47,421 bases of DNA, from positions 1-47,421 of the forward strand of contig SHZF01000035.1 in the NCBI GenBank assembly GCA_009692425.1, read 5' to 3'. Origin of the DNA: Myxococcales bacterium (GTDB taxonomy: Bacteria > Myxococcota_A > UBA9042). Made by a program: the position numbers and the translations under genes. Of this stretch, positions 20,309 to 29,450 are shown piece after piece. A model generated the notes under the pieces. The model saw nothing but the letters and a program-made list of their open reading frames with translations, made no database searches and was not told where the DNA came from. Each line of letters opens with the position of its first letter. Position 1 is the first letter of the stretch.

Positions 20309-22042
20309 CTACGGTTGCTGCCCTGCCGCGGCAGGCCCACTGGCTGCCCCAGCCGGGTCGACCTCCGCCGCCACCGGGTCGGTGGTGGTGACGGGGTCGT
20401 CGGCGTCGTCATTCCACACGAATTGGCGCCGGTGCACGTCCCACCAGCGCGCCCAGGCCCGGTGCTTGCGCAGGGCGGTCGCGTCGAGGGCGTCCGGCCC
20501 ACGCCCGAGAAGGTGGCGCAGCATCGCCTCGGCGTTGGCCGCCAGCCACGGTTGTCGTGCGGTCAACTGGGCCACCAGCCGCGGCACTGCCTGCTCCGGT
20601 CGGTCGAGGGCGTGCAGCCCGCGCAGCGCAAAGCCGCGCACCATCCACTGCCAGCGCCCGCGACCCCCATCGCGTGCCAGCCAGGACCGGGCGGCGTCGG
20701 CATCGGCGAACCCGCGATTGGCCAGGTGTTCCAAGGTCTGCAGCGCCGCGCGTCGGGCCGGCGGGCTCGCGTCGTCGAGCACATCGACGAGCGACTCCGC
20801 ACTTTCTTCGAGCAGCCACGGTCGCACCGCGCGTGCCGCCGCCGTGCGCAATTCCGAACGCGCGTCCGCGTCGAGCGAGGTGCCCAGTTCCCCGACGTCT
20901 GGACCCAACAGGGCGAGCACCTCGGCCGCGTGCTCCGGGCGCGCGACCTGCAGCGCCGTCACCGTCAGATCGCGCACGACCTGCGCTTCGGGCGCCGCAC
21001 GCGCCTGGTCCATCAGCAACGGCCACGCCATCGGAGAGGCCATGAATGCCAGCGCGTCACGCGCACGGGAACGCAGCCCCGGCTCGTCGCGCGCGGCGGT
21101 CCACGCCAGCGCCTCGACGGCGGCCCGGCTCTCTCCCTGAAACCACTTCAGCTTCTCCACCGCGGCGCCACGTCGCTCGACGGAGGGCTCGCCCAACTGC
21201 GCGACTGTACGCTGGACCTCGGCCCGCACCTCATGGTCCCACCCCTGCACCCACGGCCAGCGCGGGTCATCGTCGCTGCATCCGGCGAGGCGATCGGCGC
21301 GGCTGCAGTAGATGCGAAGGTGCAGGTGGTCATCGTGGCGGCCGGCGTGACCGGGTTCGTGCAGGACCATGCGGGCGCGCTGGACGATCCACTCCGGTTC
21401 ACCGATGGCGCGGGCCCGCGACAGCAACTGCTGCCGCAACGGCTCCGCCAGGTACATGTGTTGCACCTGCACGTGCGAGTCGGTGAGCAGGGCGCGCACG
21501 AGGTCCCAACTGCGCGCGACATCGAACACGACCGGCGTTCGCTTCCAGCGACCGCGGCCCGACGAGTCTACGGATACGAATTCATCGGGAGATAGTGGCT
21601 TTCCATTCAGATCCGTCAGGTACAACAAGATGTCTGCATCGCGGCCGGATCGATGAGAATGGCTCCACCTCATCTCGCCGCCCTCCTGCAGCGAGAGATT
21701 GCCGATGCGCACCGCCGTGCCCGCGTGGTCTGGGTTGCGTTGCAGTCCCGCCGACAACCGCACAAGCAGTTCGACCAGATCGCGCGTGGCCCACCCGGTG
21801 CCCCGCTGCGACACGACAGACAACCGCCACAGCCCCGGAGCGCGCCGTGGCAGGTCGACGCCGCTGACCAAGGCGCCGTGCTCCGAATCGCCCAGAGACA
21901 GGGAGGGGCGGTCGGTCGCGTCGAATGCGGGGCCCGCAACAACCTGGGCCACCACCGGGCGCCCGCAGAATAGCCAGCCCAGCACACACGCCCACGGCGC
22001 GACGAACCTGACGACGGTGTGACGCGTGAAGGGCCGGGCCAT
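20309..22042 (-). CDS. Penicillin-insensitive murein endopeptidase (MepA / peptidase M74)-like periplasmic protein with a long alpha-helical repeat C-terminal extension
   Basis: Signal peptide (MARPFTRHTVVRFVAPWACVLGWLFCG). RIGNLSLQEGGEMRWSHSHRSGRDADILLY matches the MepA HxSHxxGxDxD metal-binding motif. ~300 aa of C-terminal Leu/Ala/Arg-rich helical repeats. Start trimmed to ATG 22042. Confidence 0.5.
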   Translation of the reverse strand: MARPFTRHTVVRFVAPWACVLGWLFCGRPVVAQVVAGPAFDATDRPSLSLGDSEHGALVSGVDLPRRAPGLWRLSVVSQRGTGWATRDLVELLVRLSAGLQRNPDHAGTAVRIGNLSLQEGGEMRWSHSHRSGRDADILLYLTDLNGKPLSPDEFVSVDSSGRGRWKRTPVVFDVARSWDLVRALLTDSHVQVQHMYLAEPLRQQLLSRARAIGEPEWIVQRARMVLHEPGHAGRHDDHLHLRIYCSRADRLAGCSDDDPRWPWVQGWDHEVRAEVQRTVAQLGEPSVERRGAAVEKLKWFQGESRAAVEALAWTAARDEPGLRSRARDALAFMASPMAWPLLMDQARAAPEAQVVRDLTVTALQVARPEHAAEVLALLGPDVGELGTSLDADARSELRTAAARAVRPWLLEESAESLVDVLDDASPPARRAALQTLEHLANRGFADADAARSWLARDGGRGRWQWMVRGFALRGLHALDRPEQAVPRLVAQLTARQPWLAANAEAMLRHLLGRGPDALDATALRKHRAWARWWDVHRRQFVWNDDADDPVTTTDPVAAEVDPAGAASGPAAAGQQP

Positions 22043-22125
22043 GAGCGTGCGTAGCCTCCCGCGTGTCGTGCCACCGGGCAGCGCCAACCTTGCCCGCCCG
22101 CGCCCTTGAACGCAACGGGAACCCC

Positions 22126-22270
22126 CGATCTGCTGCCTTCGGCGCATTTCGTCGTTGCCGTCGTCGGTTGGCGGCTCGGCGTACCCGGTGTACGGCTTCA
22201 CCGTCGACCTCCTAGGCGCCTAGAACTGCATCCCAATTCGGCGTTCGGGAAAGGTTTGCTGATGGACCCT
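22126..22270 (+). repeat. Copy B of the ~140-bp intergenic repeat family
   Basis: gatctgctgccttcggcgcatttcgtcgttgccgtcgtcgg...tacccggtgtacggcttca...agaactgcatcccaattcggcgttcgggaaaggtttgctgatggaccctggg. Its end overlaps the first ATG of the downstream hypothetical ORF. Confidence 0.7.
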
Positions 22271-23188
22271 GGGAAACCCAGTGCCTTGCACCGGCTGTGC
22301 GCGGCGGCTACCGTGATCGGGGAGGCTGTCGTGGCCGCGTCGAACCGATTGCAGACCCTCGCCCGCGTCGCCCGCCGGCCCGCCAGCCTGTCGGTCGTGC
22401 TTGCAACTACCGTGAGTGCCGGAGCCGCCGTGGTGGTGGGCACCGGCGACTTGTGGGAGCGCGCCGAGGCGCCAGAGCCGGGCCTCGCGGTCGAGGTCCC
22501 CGTGCGCCCAGTCCCCGGCGCCCAACGCGACGACGCGAGTAGTGTCACCGTGACCGTGCGCTGGGGACACAATGGCGGCGCGCCGCATCTGCCGGGCCCG
22601 ACTCGGTGGGACGGGTGGGTGTCGCTCGACTGCGGCGAATTCGACACGGTGGCCCCCTTGGCTTTCGAGCCACCGCCGGGCGGGTTGGTGGTGGACGACC
22701 CGATGACGGCGGGGGACGAACTGGGTCCCGTCGTGCGCGGGGCCGGCGGCGACCATCGCATCTACTTTCGCTCGAGAGTCGGCGGCGACTGGGACGGGCT
22801 GAAGATCGTGCTGACGAGTTGCAGTGCCCCGGACCCGGCTGCGACGGCAGGCCAACAGGCGGCCAGCACACTGCGGATCGCCACGCCGTTTCGCAGCTAC
22901 GTGGCGCGCCTCGACTGGAGCGTCGACGACTTCGTGAGCTTGGGTGCCGGACCGGGTGGCAGTACCCTGGACGTCCACATCGCCGCCAACCGCGACGCGC
23001 GCAACATCCGGGGAGCCCGCGTGACCCGGGCGCAACCCCCAAGCGCGGGGACGGAGGGCGTGTCTCTCGAAGCGATGGCGGAGCCGGCGGTCGACGAGGA
23101 CCCGGTGTCACCTCTTGAGGCACCCGGCCTGCACGGCACGCCGTCCGGCCTGGTTCGCGAACGACCGAGCGCACTGCTGGTCCGCTGA
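22262..23188 (+). CDS. Hypothetical protein (~308 aa), Trp/Asp-rich, no recognised domain
   Basis: Protein-like composition (e.g. TVRWGHNGGAPHLPGPTRWDGWVSLDCGEFDTVAPLAFEPPPGGLVVDDPMT) versus Arg-rich antisense frames. The start is uncertain because the ATG sits inside repeat B. The stop abuts the flotillin stop (convergent, 0 nt). Confidence 0.35.
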   Translation: MDPGKPSALHRLCAAATVIGEAVVAASNRLQTLARVARRPASLSVVLATTVSAGAAVVVGTGDLWERAEAPEPGLAVEVPVRPVPGAQRDDASSVTVTVRWGHNGGAPHLPGPTRWDGWVSLDCGEFDTVAPLAFEPPPGGLVVDDPMTAGDELGPVVRGAGGDHRIYFRSRVGGDWDGLKIVLTSCSAPDPAATAGQQAASTLRIATPFRSYVARLDWSVDDFVSLGAGPGGSTLDVHIAANRDARNIRGARVTRAQPPSAGTEGVSLEAMAEPAVDEDPVSPLEAPGLHGTPSGLVRERPSALLVR

Positions 23189-24769
23189 TCAGCCCCGGGT
23201 GTTCTTTGGCGGCGACGGCCTGGCGGGCGGCGTCGGCTCGTCGTTCCGCTTAGGCCCGCCGTCGTCGGCCCGGATGCGGCCCAATGCTTCGGGCAGGTCG
23301 ATGCCGCCGATGTCCTTGACCATGTGCATGACGGGCGGCAGCGCACCGGCGAGGCTGCGTAGGAATTCCGAGGTCGAGCCCTTGCCGTCGCCGCGACCGC
23401 CCTCCCACACCACGATCTTGTCGAACTTGATGTTCTGAATGGCGCTCGATGCTGTATCTGCCAGATGATCCACGTGTTCGAGCATCATCAACTGGAAAGC
23501 CTTGTCGGCTCCACCTGCGGCTTCGACGAGCGACCTGAGCGCCTCCGCCTTGCGCTGGAGGATCTCCGCCTCGCCGCGTGCCTGCGCACTCAGCCGCGCA
23601 TAGGTAGCGCCCGCCTGGGCCTCGGCATCGATGCGCACCCGTTCGGCGGCCGCCTCGGCATCGACGACCGTCTTCGCTTTCTCCGCCTTGGCTGTCGCTT
23701 CGACGTCGGCCCGCTGCTCGGCCTCGCGCTTCTTCATGAACTCGAGGGCCGCCAGCGTCTCCGCGGCGTACTGAGCCTGCAAGACGGCGGCTTCGGCCTC
23801 GCGCCTTTTCGTTTCCGCCCGCTGGCGCGCCTCCGCTTCCTTCACCTGCAGGTCGGCATTCGTGGCGACGACGCGCGCCCGCGCCTGGTTCTCGCCTTCG
23901 ACCGCATGGGCATCGGCATTGGCGACGCGTACACGCTTTTCGCGTTCGGCTTCCTTGACTGACGACTCGCGCTCGTTGGCGGCCTTCTGTTCGCCGACCA
24001 CCCGGTCGCGCTCCAGGTTGGCGACTTCGATGGCCTGCTCCTGTTGGGCCTTCGTCACGCCGATCTGGCGGTCGCGCTCGGCCATCGACACGCTCACGGC
24101 GCGCTCGCGCTCGGCCTCGGCGACACCGATCGCGCCGCGCTTCTGCTGCTCGGCCACGTCGATGACGGCCTGCTGCACGGCTTCGGACGCCGCCTTGCGC
24201 CCGATGGCCTCAATGTAGCCGGATTCATCCGTGATATCCGTAATGTTCACGTTGATCAGCACGAGGCCGATCTTGCGCAACTCCGGCTCGAGGCCCTCCT
24301 TGATGCTCTCGCGAAAGGTGTCGCGGTCCTTGTTGATGTTCTCGATCTTGAGCCCGGCGATGACCTGGCGCAGTTGGCCGAAGATGATGTCGCGGGCTTG
24401 CTCGACAATCTGCTGGCGGTTGAGCCCCAAAAGACGCACGGCGGCGGCGTTCATCAGTTCGGGCTCGACCCCGATGGCGACCGTGAAGTTCGACGGCACG
24501 TTGACGCGGATGTTCTCGGCCGACAGCGCGCCGGACAGCGGAATCTCGATCTGCACCGGCTCCAGCGACAGATACGCGTAGTTCTGGATGAGCGGCCAGA
24601 TGAAGGCGCCGCCGCCGTGCAGACACTTCGACGACTGGCCGCCGCCGACCTTGCCGTACACGACGAGAATCTGGTTCGACGGGCAGCGCCGGTAGCGCGT
24701 CGTCACCAGCAGCAGGAACGAAAAACCGAGCAGAGTCGCGAAGATGACGAGCAAGACGATGGCATTCAT
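23189..24769 (-). CDS. Flotillin-like SPFH/band-7 protein (YqiK/FloA-type), 526 aa
   Basis: N-terminal TM segment (MNAIVLLVIFATLLGFSFLLLV), SPFH core, then the long Glu/Ala/Arg/Lys-rich coiled-coil region (...AEREKRVRVANADAHAVEGENQARARVVATNADLQVKEAEARQRAETKRREAEAAVLQAQ...) typical of flotillins. Confidence 0.85.
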   Translation of the reverse strand: MNAIVLLVIFATLLGFSFLLLVTTRYRRCPSNQILVVYGKVGGGQSSKCLHGGGAFIWPLIQNYAYLSLEPVQIEIPLSGALSAENIRVNVPSNFTVAIGVEPELMNAAAVRLLGLNRQQIVEQARDIIFGQLRQVIAGLKIENINKDRDTFRESIKEGLEPELRKIGLVLINVNITDITDESGYIEAIGRKAASEAVQQAVIDVAEQQKRGAIGVAEAERERAVSVSMAERDRQIGVTKAQQEQAIEVANLERDRVVGEQKAANERESSVKEAEREKRVRVANADAHAVEGENQARARVVATNADLQVKEAEARQRAETKRREAEAAVLQAQYAAETLAALEFMKKREAEQRADVEATAKAEKAKTVVDAEAAAERVRIDAEAQAGATYARLSAQARGEAEILQRKAEALRSLVEAAGGADKAFQLMMLEHVDHLADTASSAIQNIKFDKIVVWEGGRGDGKGSTSEFLRSLAGALPPVMHMVKDIGGIDLPEALGRIRADDGGPKRNDEPTPPARPSPPKNTRG

Positions 24770-24802
24770 GGTGGGGCAGCCTCGCGATCGAAAAATGTCA
24801 GG

Positions 24803-25366
24803 TCAAGGATTGCGTTCGACTTCAAAAGTCTGTGCATCAATACGTTTTCTGACGTGCACACGCGCCCCAGTCGGTATCTCGGGACCGGATGTCATGGCGA
24901 GCAGTTCCGCCTCGCGTCCCTCGATGCTGACCGTGATCTTGCCGGTGCCCGCCATCGCCCCGGGCACGCGCAGGTAGACCGTCGCCGGCAGGCCGACCGC
25001 GCGGCCCACGTCGAGGGTACCGGAGACCTGGAGCCTGGCAATGCCGCGCATCATCACGACGACGGCGGCCATCGCGGCCACCCCGCACAGGGTCGCCAAC
25101 ACGGCGCGCAGGGCGTCCGACGCGATGTTGGCCTCTTCCGCCGCCAGTCCGCCCAACCCGAAGAACGCGCAGAACGCCGTCAAGGACTTCAGCGACAGGA
25201 TCGACGCAAAGGCCGTGGACGAGTCTCCCGCGTGGTCGCCGACGTGGAGTTCGGCCCCGCCGTCGTGGGGCAGGTCGGCGTGGCCGGAGCCGATCAACTG
25301 GAGCACGATCTGCACGACCAGCAGGGTGCAGCCGAGCGCGGCGGTGACGAGGAAGACGAGGTGCAT
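24803..25366 (-). CDS. NfeD-like membrane protein (YqiJ-type partner of flotillin)
   Basis: Multi-pass hydrophobic N-terminal region plus a soluble C-terminal beta-rich (OB-like) tail. Positioned immediately upstream of the flotillin gene (33-nt gap), the canonical nfeD-flotillin operon arrangement. Confidence 0.55.
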   Translation of the reverse strand: MHLVFLVTAALGCTLLVVQIVLQLIGSGHADLPHDGGAELHVGDHAGDSSTAFASILSLKSLTAFCAFFGLGGLAAEEANIASDALRAVLATLCGVAAMAAVVVMMRGIARLQVSGTLDVGRAVGLPATVYLRVPGAMAGTGKITVSIEGREAELLAMTSGPEIPTGARVHVRKRIDAQTFEVERNP

Positions 25367-25633
25367 CGCGCGGGAGGATAGGCGCAGGGGCTGGCGCTTG
25401 ACAACCTAGGGTCTGCTCCGCGGCAGGCCGCTCGCAAAAACGCCAACCTCCAGGGCCATCGCCAGTGTGCGCATCGCTGACAAACTGATCCGGTCATCGC
25501 TCTGAAACTGACCCACCCGTGCCCACTGCCGGGCGTTGCGGCAGCACGCCGCCGGCTCCAGCGGCCCGCTCTTGGCAGTCGTTGGCGTCGTGCGGGTGGT
25601 AGTGCAGCGTCGAACCGCAGCACGCCCGACACC

Positions 25634-28600
25634 CTACGGATTCATCGGGTTCCCATACTCCATCACCGCCGTCATCTCGCCGACCGCCTTGATCAACTGC
25701 AGATAACTCTTCAATGCCGGCGCCGCGCCTGGGTCCACCTTGCCGCCCTTGCCGCAGTCGTCCGCCGTCGTCGTCGTCTGGCCCGGCAGGTCCACCGTCG
25801 CGCCCGGGTCGCACTGCGCCGAACGCGAGCGCAACAGGTTGGCTTGGGCGACCATCGCTTCCCCGCTGCCCACCCGCCCGGCAATGTCGAGCGCGCCATA
25901 GCGCAGCCCCGTCCACGGGTCAGTGAACGTGACCAGCTTGTCTGGCGCTACGGCAGGTGCCTTGCCGCTGCCGATCACGAACACCTGCGCCTCGTCGACG
26001 TACTGGCGGTCAAACGTGGTTTGGAAGCGCGCCAGCCCCAACAGCGTGAAGTACAACTGAATCGTGAAGTCCGCCGCCGGGTTCACTGCGTTTGCGTGCA
26101 CCTCGGTCAAGGGCCCAGCGTAGTTCGGGAACGCCAACTGCTTCGTCTTCGGATCGAGGTACGGCCCCACCCGGCTCCAGTCGCCGGCCGCGATCGCCGC
26201 ACCGATGCGCCGGATGCTGTCGCTGAACGTCGAGTAGTACCCCACTTGCCAGTCGCGCACGTCGATCGGGTTGGCGCGCGCCACGTAGTGCGTCTCGGCG
26301 TCGCTCATCGCCTCCATCGCCATCACCTTGTCGACGTAGAAGCCGATGCGCTGCAGGCACTCCCAGAAAAAGAACCCGCATTCGATGGCGCCACCCGCAC
26401 CGGCCCCGCTCCAGTTCGTCGAGTAGTAGCGCGCATTCGCCACGGTCAGCTTGAAGTCCCCGAACCCGAATGGGCTCTCCTGGTACAGCTTGCTGCCGTC
26501 GGGCCGGTCCGTCTGCGTGTACAGGCCCGAGAAACCGATGTCGGGCATCAGCAGCGTCTGCACCAGGTAGTTGAACGCATTCTGGATCGCCCACGTCTTG
26601 CCACCCCAGCCGCCAGTCGTGTCGAGCAGGAAGTCGTGCAGGTCGGCGGCATCAAAAAACCGCGGCAGCAGTTGGTTGTACAGGCCATAGATGTCGTTCC
26701 ACTGCTTGATGCGGTGGTACAGCCGTGAATACCAGCGGCTTGCATACTGCTGGTTCGACGCGCCGATCTGACCGCGCGGAAAGGCGCGCGTGACGTACCA
26801 GGTGTCCCACTCCTGCAGAAAGTGCTCCATCCGCTCCTGGCTGTCGGCCCCGTAGTCGCGCGTCAGGCAGTGGTCCGACAGGTCCGAGCGGCCATGCGAA
26901 CAGTAGATGTAGGGCACCCGCGTCGCCCGCTTGCAGTCCTTGGCGCTGGGGTTCTCCTTGCACGCGTCGGAGAGGAAAGCCGTCATCTGGTCGAGCTTGC
27001 CGGTCTTGGGATTGACGAGTTTGCTCGCGTCGATCAGTTCGCGGTTGCCGGCGTCGTAGAGCTTCTCCTTCATCTTGGTCCACAGCGCCGTGTAGTGGGT
27101 AGCCGTCGGGCCCGTGATCAGCAGGTCGAGGATTTCGCCGTTTGTGTTGAACCACTTGCGCCATACGCCCGCGTCGCTGCCCGCGTCCTTCCACACCTCG
27201 ACCTTGTCGGCGTAGCCCCACAGCATGGCCGCGCGGTCGTACTTGCCCACGCCGGCGCCGTCGATGGTGTAGCGGCCGGCGTAGTCCATCACGCTCGAGT
27301 ACGCGTAGTTGTAGATTTTCTGGTCCAATTCGCGCGGCGTGATCGGGTCCGTGAGGCGCGGCCCGACCTTGCCACCGTCGCCGTTCTCGGGCGCCGCGCG
27401 AATCTTCCAGTAGTCGTCGAAGTAGTTCACTGCGTCGTCTGAGCCGCCGAAGTTGTGCATCAGCCCGAGCGAGTGACCGACCTCGTGGGCGAGAACCGCG
27501 CTGTAGATGGCATCGCGGATGGTTTTGTAGACGTCTTTGGTGTCCTTGCCCGCCAGTTCCTTGGCCACGCCGGCCAGCGCATCGTCAGCCATCTCGGGCA
27601 AGAACTTGCAGTCGTCGCCGCTGGCCAACTGCTCGCGCATCCGCTGGCGATCCTTGAGGTTCGCCTTCCACGCCGGCTGGGCTGGTGAGCCCGCGGCGAT
27701 GGCTTTCTTGTCCACGGGCGCGTCGGGCCGCAGCCCCGCCATCAGCTTGTGTTCGGGCGACAGCAGCAGCTTCTCGAGCGCCGTGCCCGCAATCTTCGCC
27801 AGCCGGGCATCGCCGCGCACGGCCGGCGCCCGCCCGATGCCGGCCTGCCACATCTCCTCCCAGTGCGGCTGCAGCCACTGGTCGAGCCCGACTTCGGCGA
27901 TGGCAGCCTGATCCTGTGGCGTCATCTTGTGCTGGCGACCCTGCCAGGCCTGAGCGGCGTCTGAATTCGCAATCGCTTCAACCATGTGCGTCGCGCCATC
28001 GAGCCCCAGCTTCTGAAAGCGCCCCTGCCCTGTCGCGACTTGCTGGCGCCAGTCGGTCAGGTCGACGCCGTCGATGAAATCGGTCGATTTTCTCGTACCA
28101 TTGAGCAGTTCGACCAACTCTTGCGTACGAAACGCCGCCGTGTTGTTGTGGTGGTAGACATACGCCATGCCCGACAGAATTTCGCCCGTGTCCGGGTCCT
28201 TGTTGCTGGGCCCGAGTCCCAACAGGCCATACGTCATGTACTGCGGCACGTACGCCATGAAACTGTAGCGGATATCGCCGATGCGCGGTGCGTTGCCCTC
28301 CGTGCCGCACGGCTTGGGGTCGCCCTTCTTCACGGGGTTGTTCTCGCACAGCACGAACATGTCGCCCGCGAATGGATTGCCGGTCGCCGCCACCACCTCC
28401 TTGAACACCTTGTTCCACTGCCCCGCCACCGCCTTGGCCACCGGCTTGAGGTCCTGGGGAAAGTCGCCGTTGACGTGGTACACGATCGGCCGCGGGGTCC
28501 GTTTGGCTTCCGGGATCGCCTTGCCGTCCTTGTCCTTCCAGTCGAGCCACAGGTTGTGGCGCGCCATCCAGCGCTCCTTGTACTGCTGCTTGACGCCGTC

Positions 28601-29428
28601 CTGCTTGTCGTAGGCGAGGCGATCGGCCCAGAAGAAGCCGAACAGCTCCGTCTCCGCGCCCTTGTACGGGCGGCCGACGTACTGGCGCTTGGCGTCGAGC
28701 TTCCAGAAGCTGTGGCGGATGGCGTACTCGCCGGGGCCGCACTCGGTCAGTTCGTCCAACAAGCACAGTGCGACCTCGCCGTAGCCTTCCAGCTGCGTGG
28801 TGCCCGAGCGCGCGTGGATGCGGCTGGTGATGTCGAAGTAGCTGCCGTCGGGCTCGAACTTCGGCGCGTCGGGGTGGCGGCGGCCGTGGGCGTCGAACTC
28901 TTGGACGTAGTACGGCACCGATTCGATCGACTGCTTCTCGAAGTCGAGGTCATTGTTGTGCACCAGATTGTTGGACCAATCGATGCGGACGTGGGTGCGC
29001 TTGTACCACGGGCGGTCGAAGGAATTCTCTTCGAGCACATTGAGTTCCTCACCCGTCGTTGGATTGTAGGAGCGGCGGATGTCGAAGTGCGACTGGATGC
29101 GGAAGGCGCCCACCACCTCGCCCTGGTACGCGCCGTTCGCCCCGCCCTTGGTGTCGGCCGCCTTGATGAGTTCCGTGGCGCGCCGCACGTAGAGCATCGA
29201 CTCCTGCAGGTCGAAGACGACCTTGTCGACGGTCGACGAATTGCCGACGAAGGTGAAGCCGGTGGACGCCGGCATGTCCGTAACGGTGCGGCCGTAGTAC
29301 CAGGTGCCGTTGAAGCGCGACTTTTCGATGGCGTTGGGCTGCACCCGCTGGATCGGCTCGCGCTCCTCGGCGCACGCGGCCAGCGCCACACCCAGCAACA
29401 CGGACACGAAACGGGGCGTGGGCATCAT
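25634..29428 (-). CDS. Very large (1264 aa) secreted lipoprotein zinc metalloprotease (zincin, HEXXH) of unrecognised/rare family
   Basis: Lipoprotein signal MMPTPRFVSVLLGVALAAC. Single catalytic motif VLAHEVGHSLGLMHNFGGSDD (HExxHxxGxxHNF). No other domain recognised by eye. Resembles the Zn-dependent metalloprotease families annotated as DUF4953/DUF5117-type, but this is unverified. Confidence 0.6.
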   Translation of the reverse strand: MMPTPRFVSVLLGVALAACAEEREPIQRVQPNAIEKSRFNGTWYYGRTVTDMPASTGFTFVGNSSTVDKVVFDLQESMLYVRRATELIKAADTKGGANGAYQGEVVGAFRIQSHFDIRRSYNPTTGEELNVLEENSFDRPWYKRTHVRIDWSNNLVHNNDLDFEKQSIESVPYYVQEFDAHGRRHPDAPKFEPDGSYFDITSRIHARSGTTQLEGYGEVALCLLDELTECGPGEYAIRHSFWKLDAKRQYVGRPYKGAETELFGFFWADRLAYDKQDGVKQQYKERWMARHNLWLDWKDKDGKAIPEAKRTPRPIVYHVNGDFPQDLKPVAKAVAGQWNKVFKEVVAATGNPFAGDMFVLCENNPVKKGDPKPCGTEGNAPRIGDIRYSFMAYVPQYMTYGLLGLGPSNKDPDTGEILSGMAYVYHHNNTAAFRTQELVELLNGTRKSTDFIDGVDLTDWRQQVATGQGRFQKLGLDGATHMVEAIANSDAAQAWQGRQHKMTPQDQAAIAEVGLDQWLQPHWEEMWQAGIGRAPAVRGDARLAKIAGTALEKLLLSPEHKLMAGLRPDAPVDKKAIAAGSPAQPAWKANLKDRQRMREQLASGDDCKFLPEMADDALAGVAKELAGKDTKDVYKTIRDAIYSAVLAHEVGHSLGLMHNFGGSDDAVNYFDDYWKIRAAPENGDGGKVGPRLTDPITPRELDQKIYNYAYSSVMDYAGRYTIDGAGVGKYDRAAMLWGYADKVEVWKDAGSDAGVWRKWFNTNGEILDLLITGPTATHYTALWTKMKEKLYDAGNRELIDASKLVNPKTGKLDQMTAFLSDACKENPSAKDCKRATRVPYIYCSHGRSDLSDHCLTRDYGADSQERMEHFLQEWDTWYVTRAFPRGQIGASNQQYASRWYSRLYHRIKQWNDIYGLYNQLLPRFFDAADLHDFLLDTTGGWGGKTWAIQNAFNYLVQTLLMPDIGFSGLYTQTDRPDGSKLYQESPFGFGDFKLTVANARYYSTNWSGAGAGGAIECGFFFWECLQRIGFYVDKVMAMEAMSDAETHYVARANPIDVRDWQVGYYSTFSDSIRRIGAAIAAGDWSRVGPYLDPKTKQLAFPNYAGPLTEVHANAVNPAADFTIQLYFTLLGLARFQTTFDRQYVDEAQVFVIGSGKAPAVAPDKLVTFTDPWTGLRYGALDIAGRVGSGEAMVAQANLLRSRSAQCDPGATVDLPGQTTTTADDCGKGGKVDPGAAPALKSYLQLIKAVGEMTAVMEYGNPMNP

Positions 29429-29450
29429 GGCGATTCCTGTTGCGTGGCGA

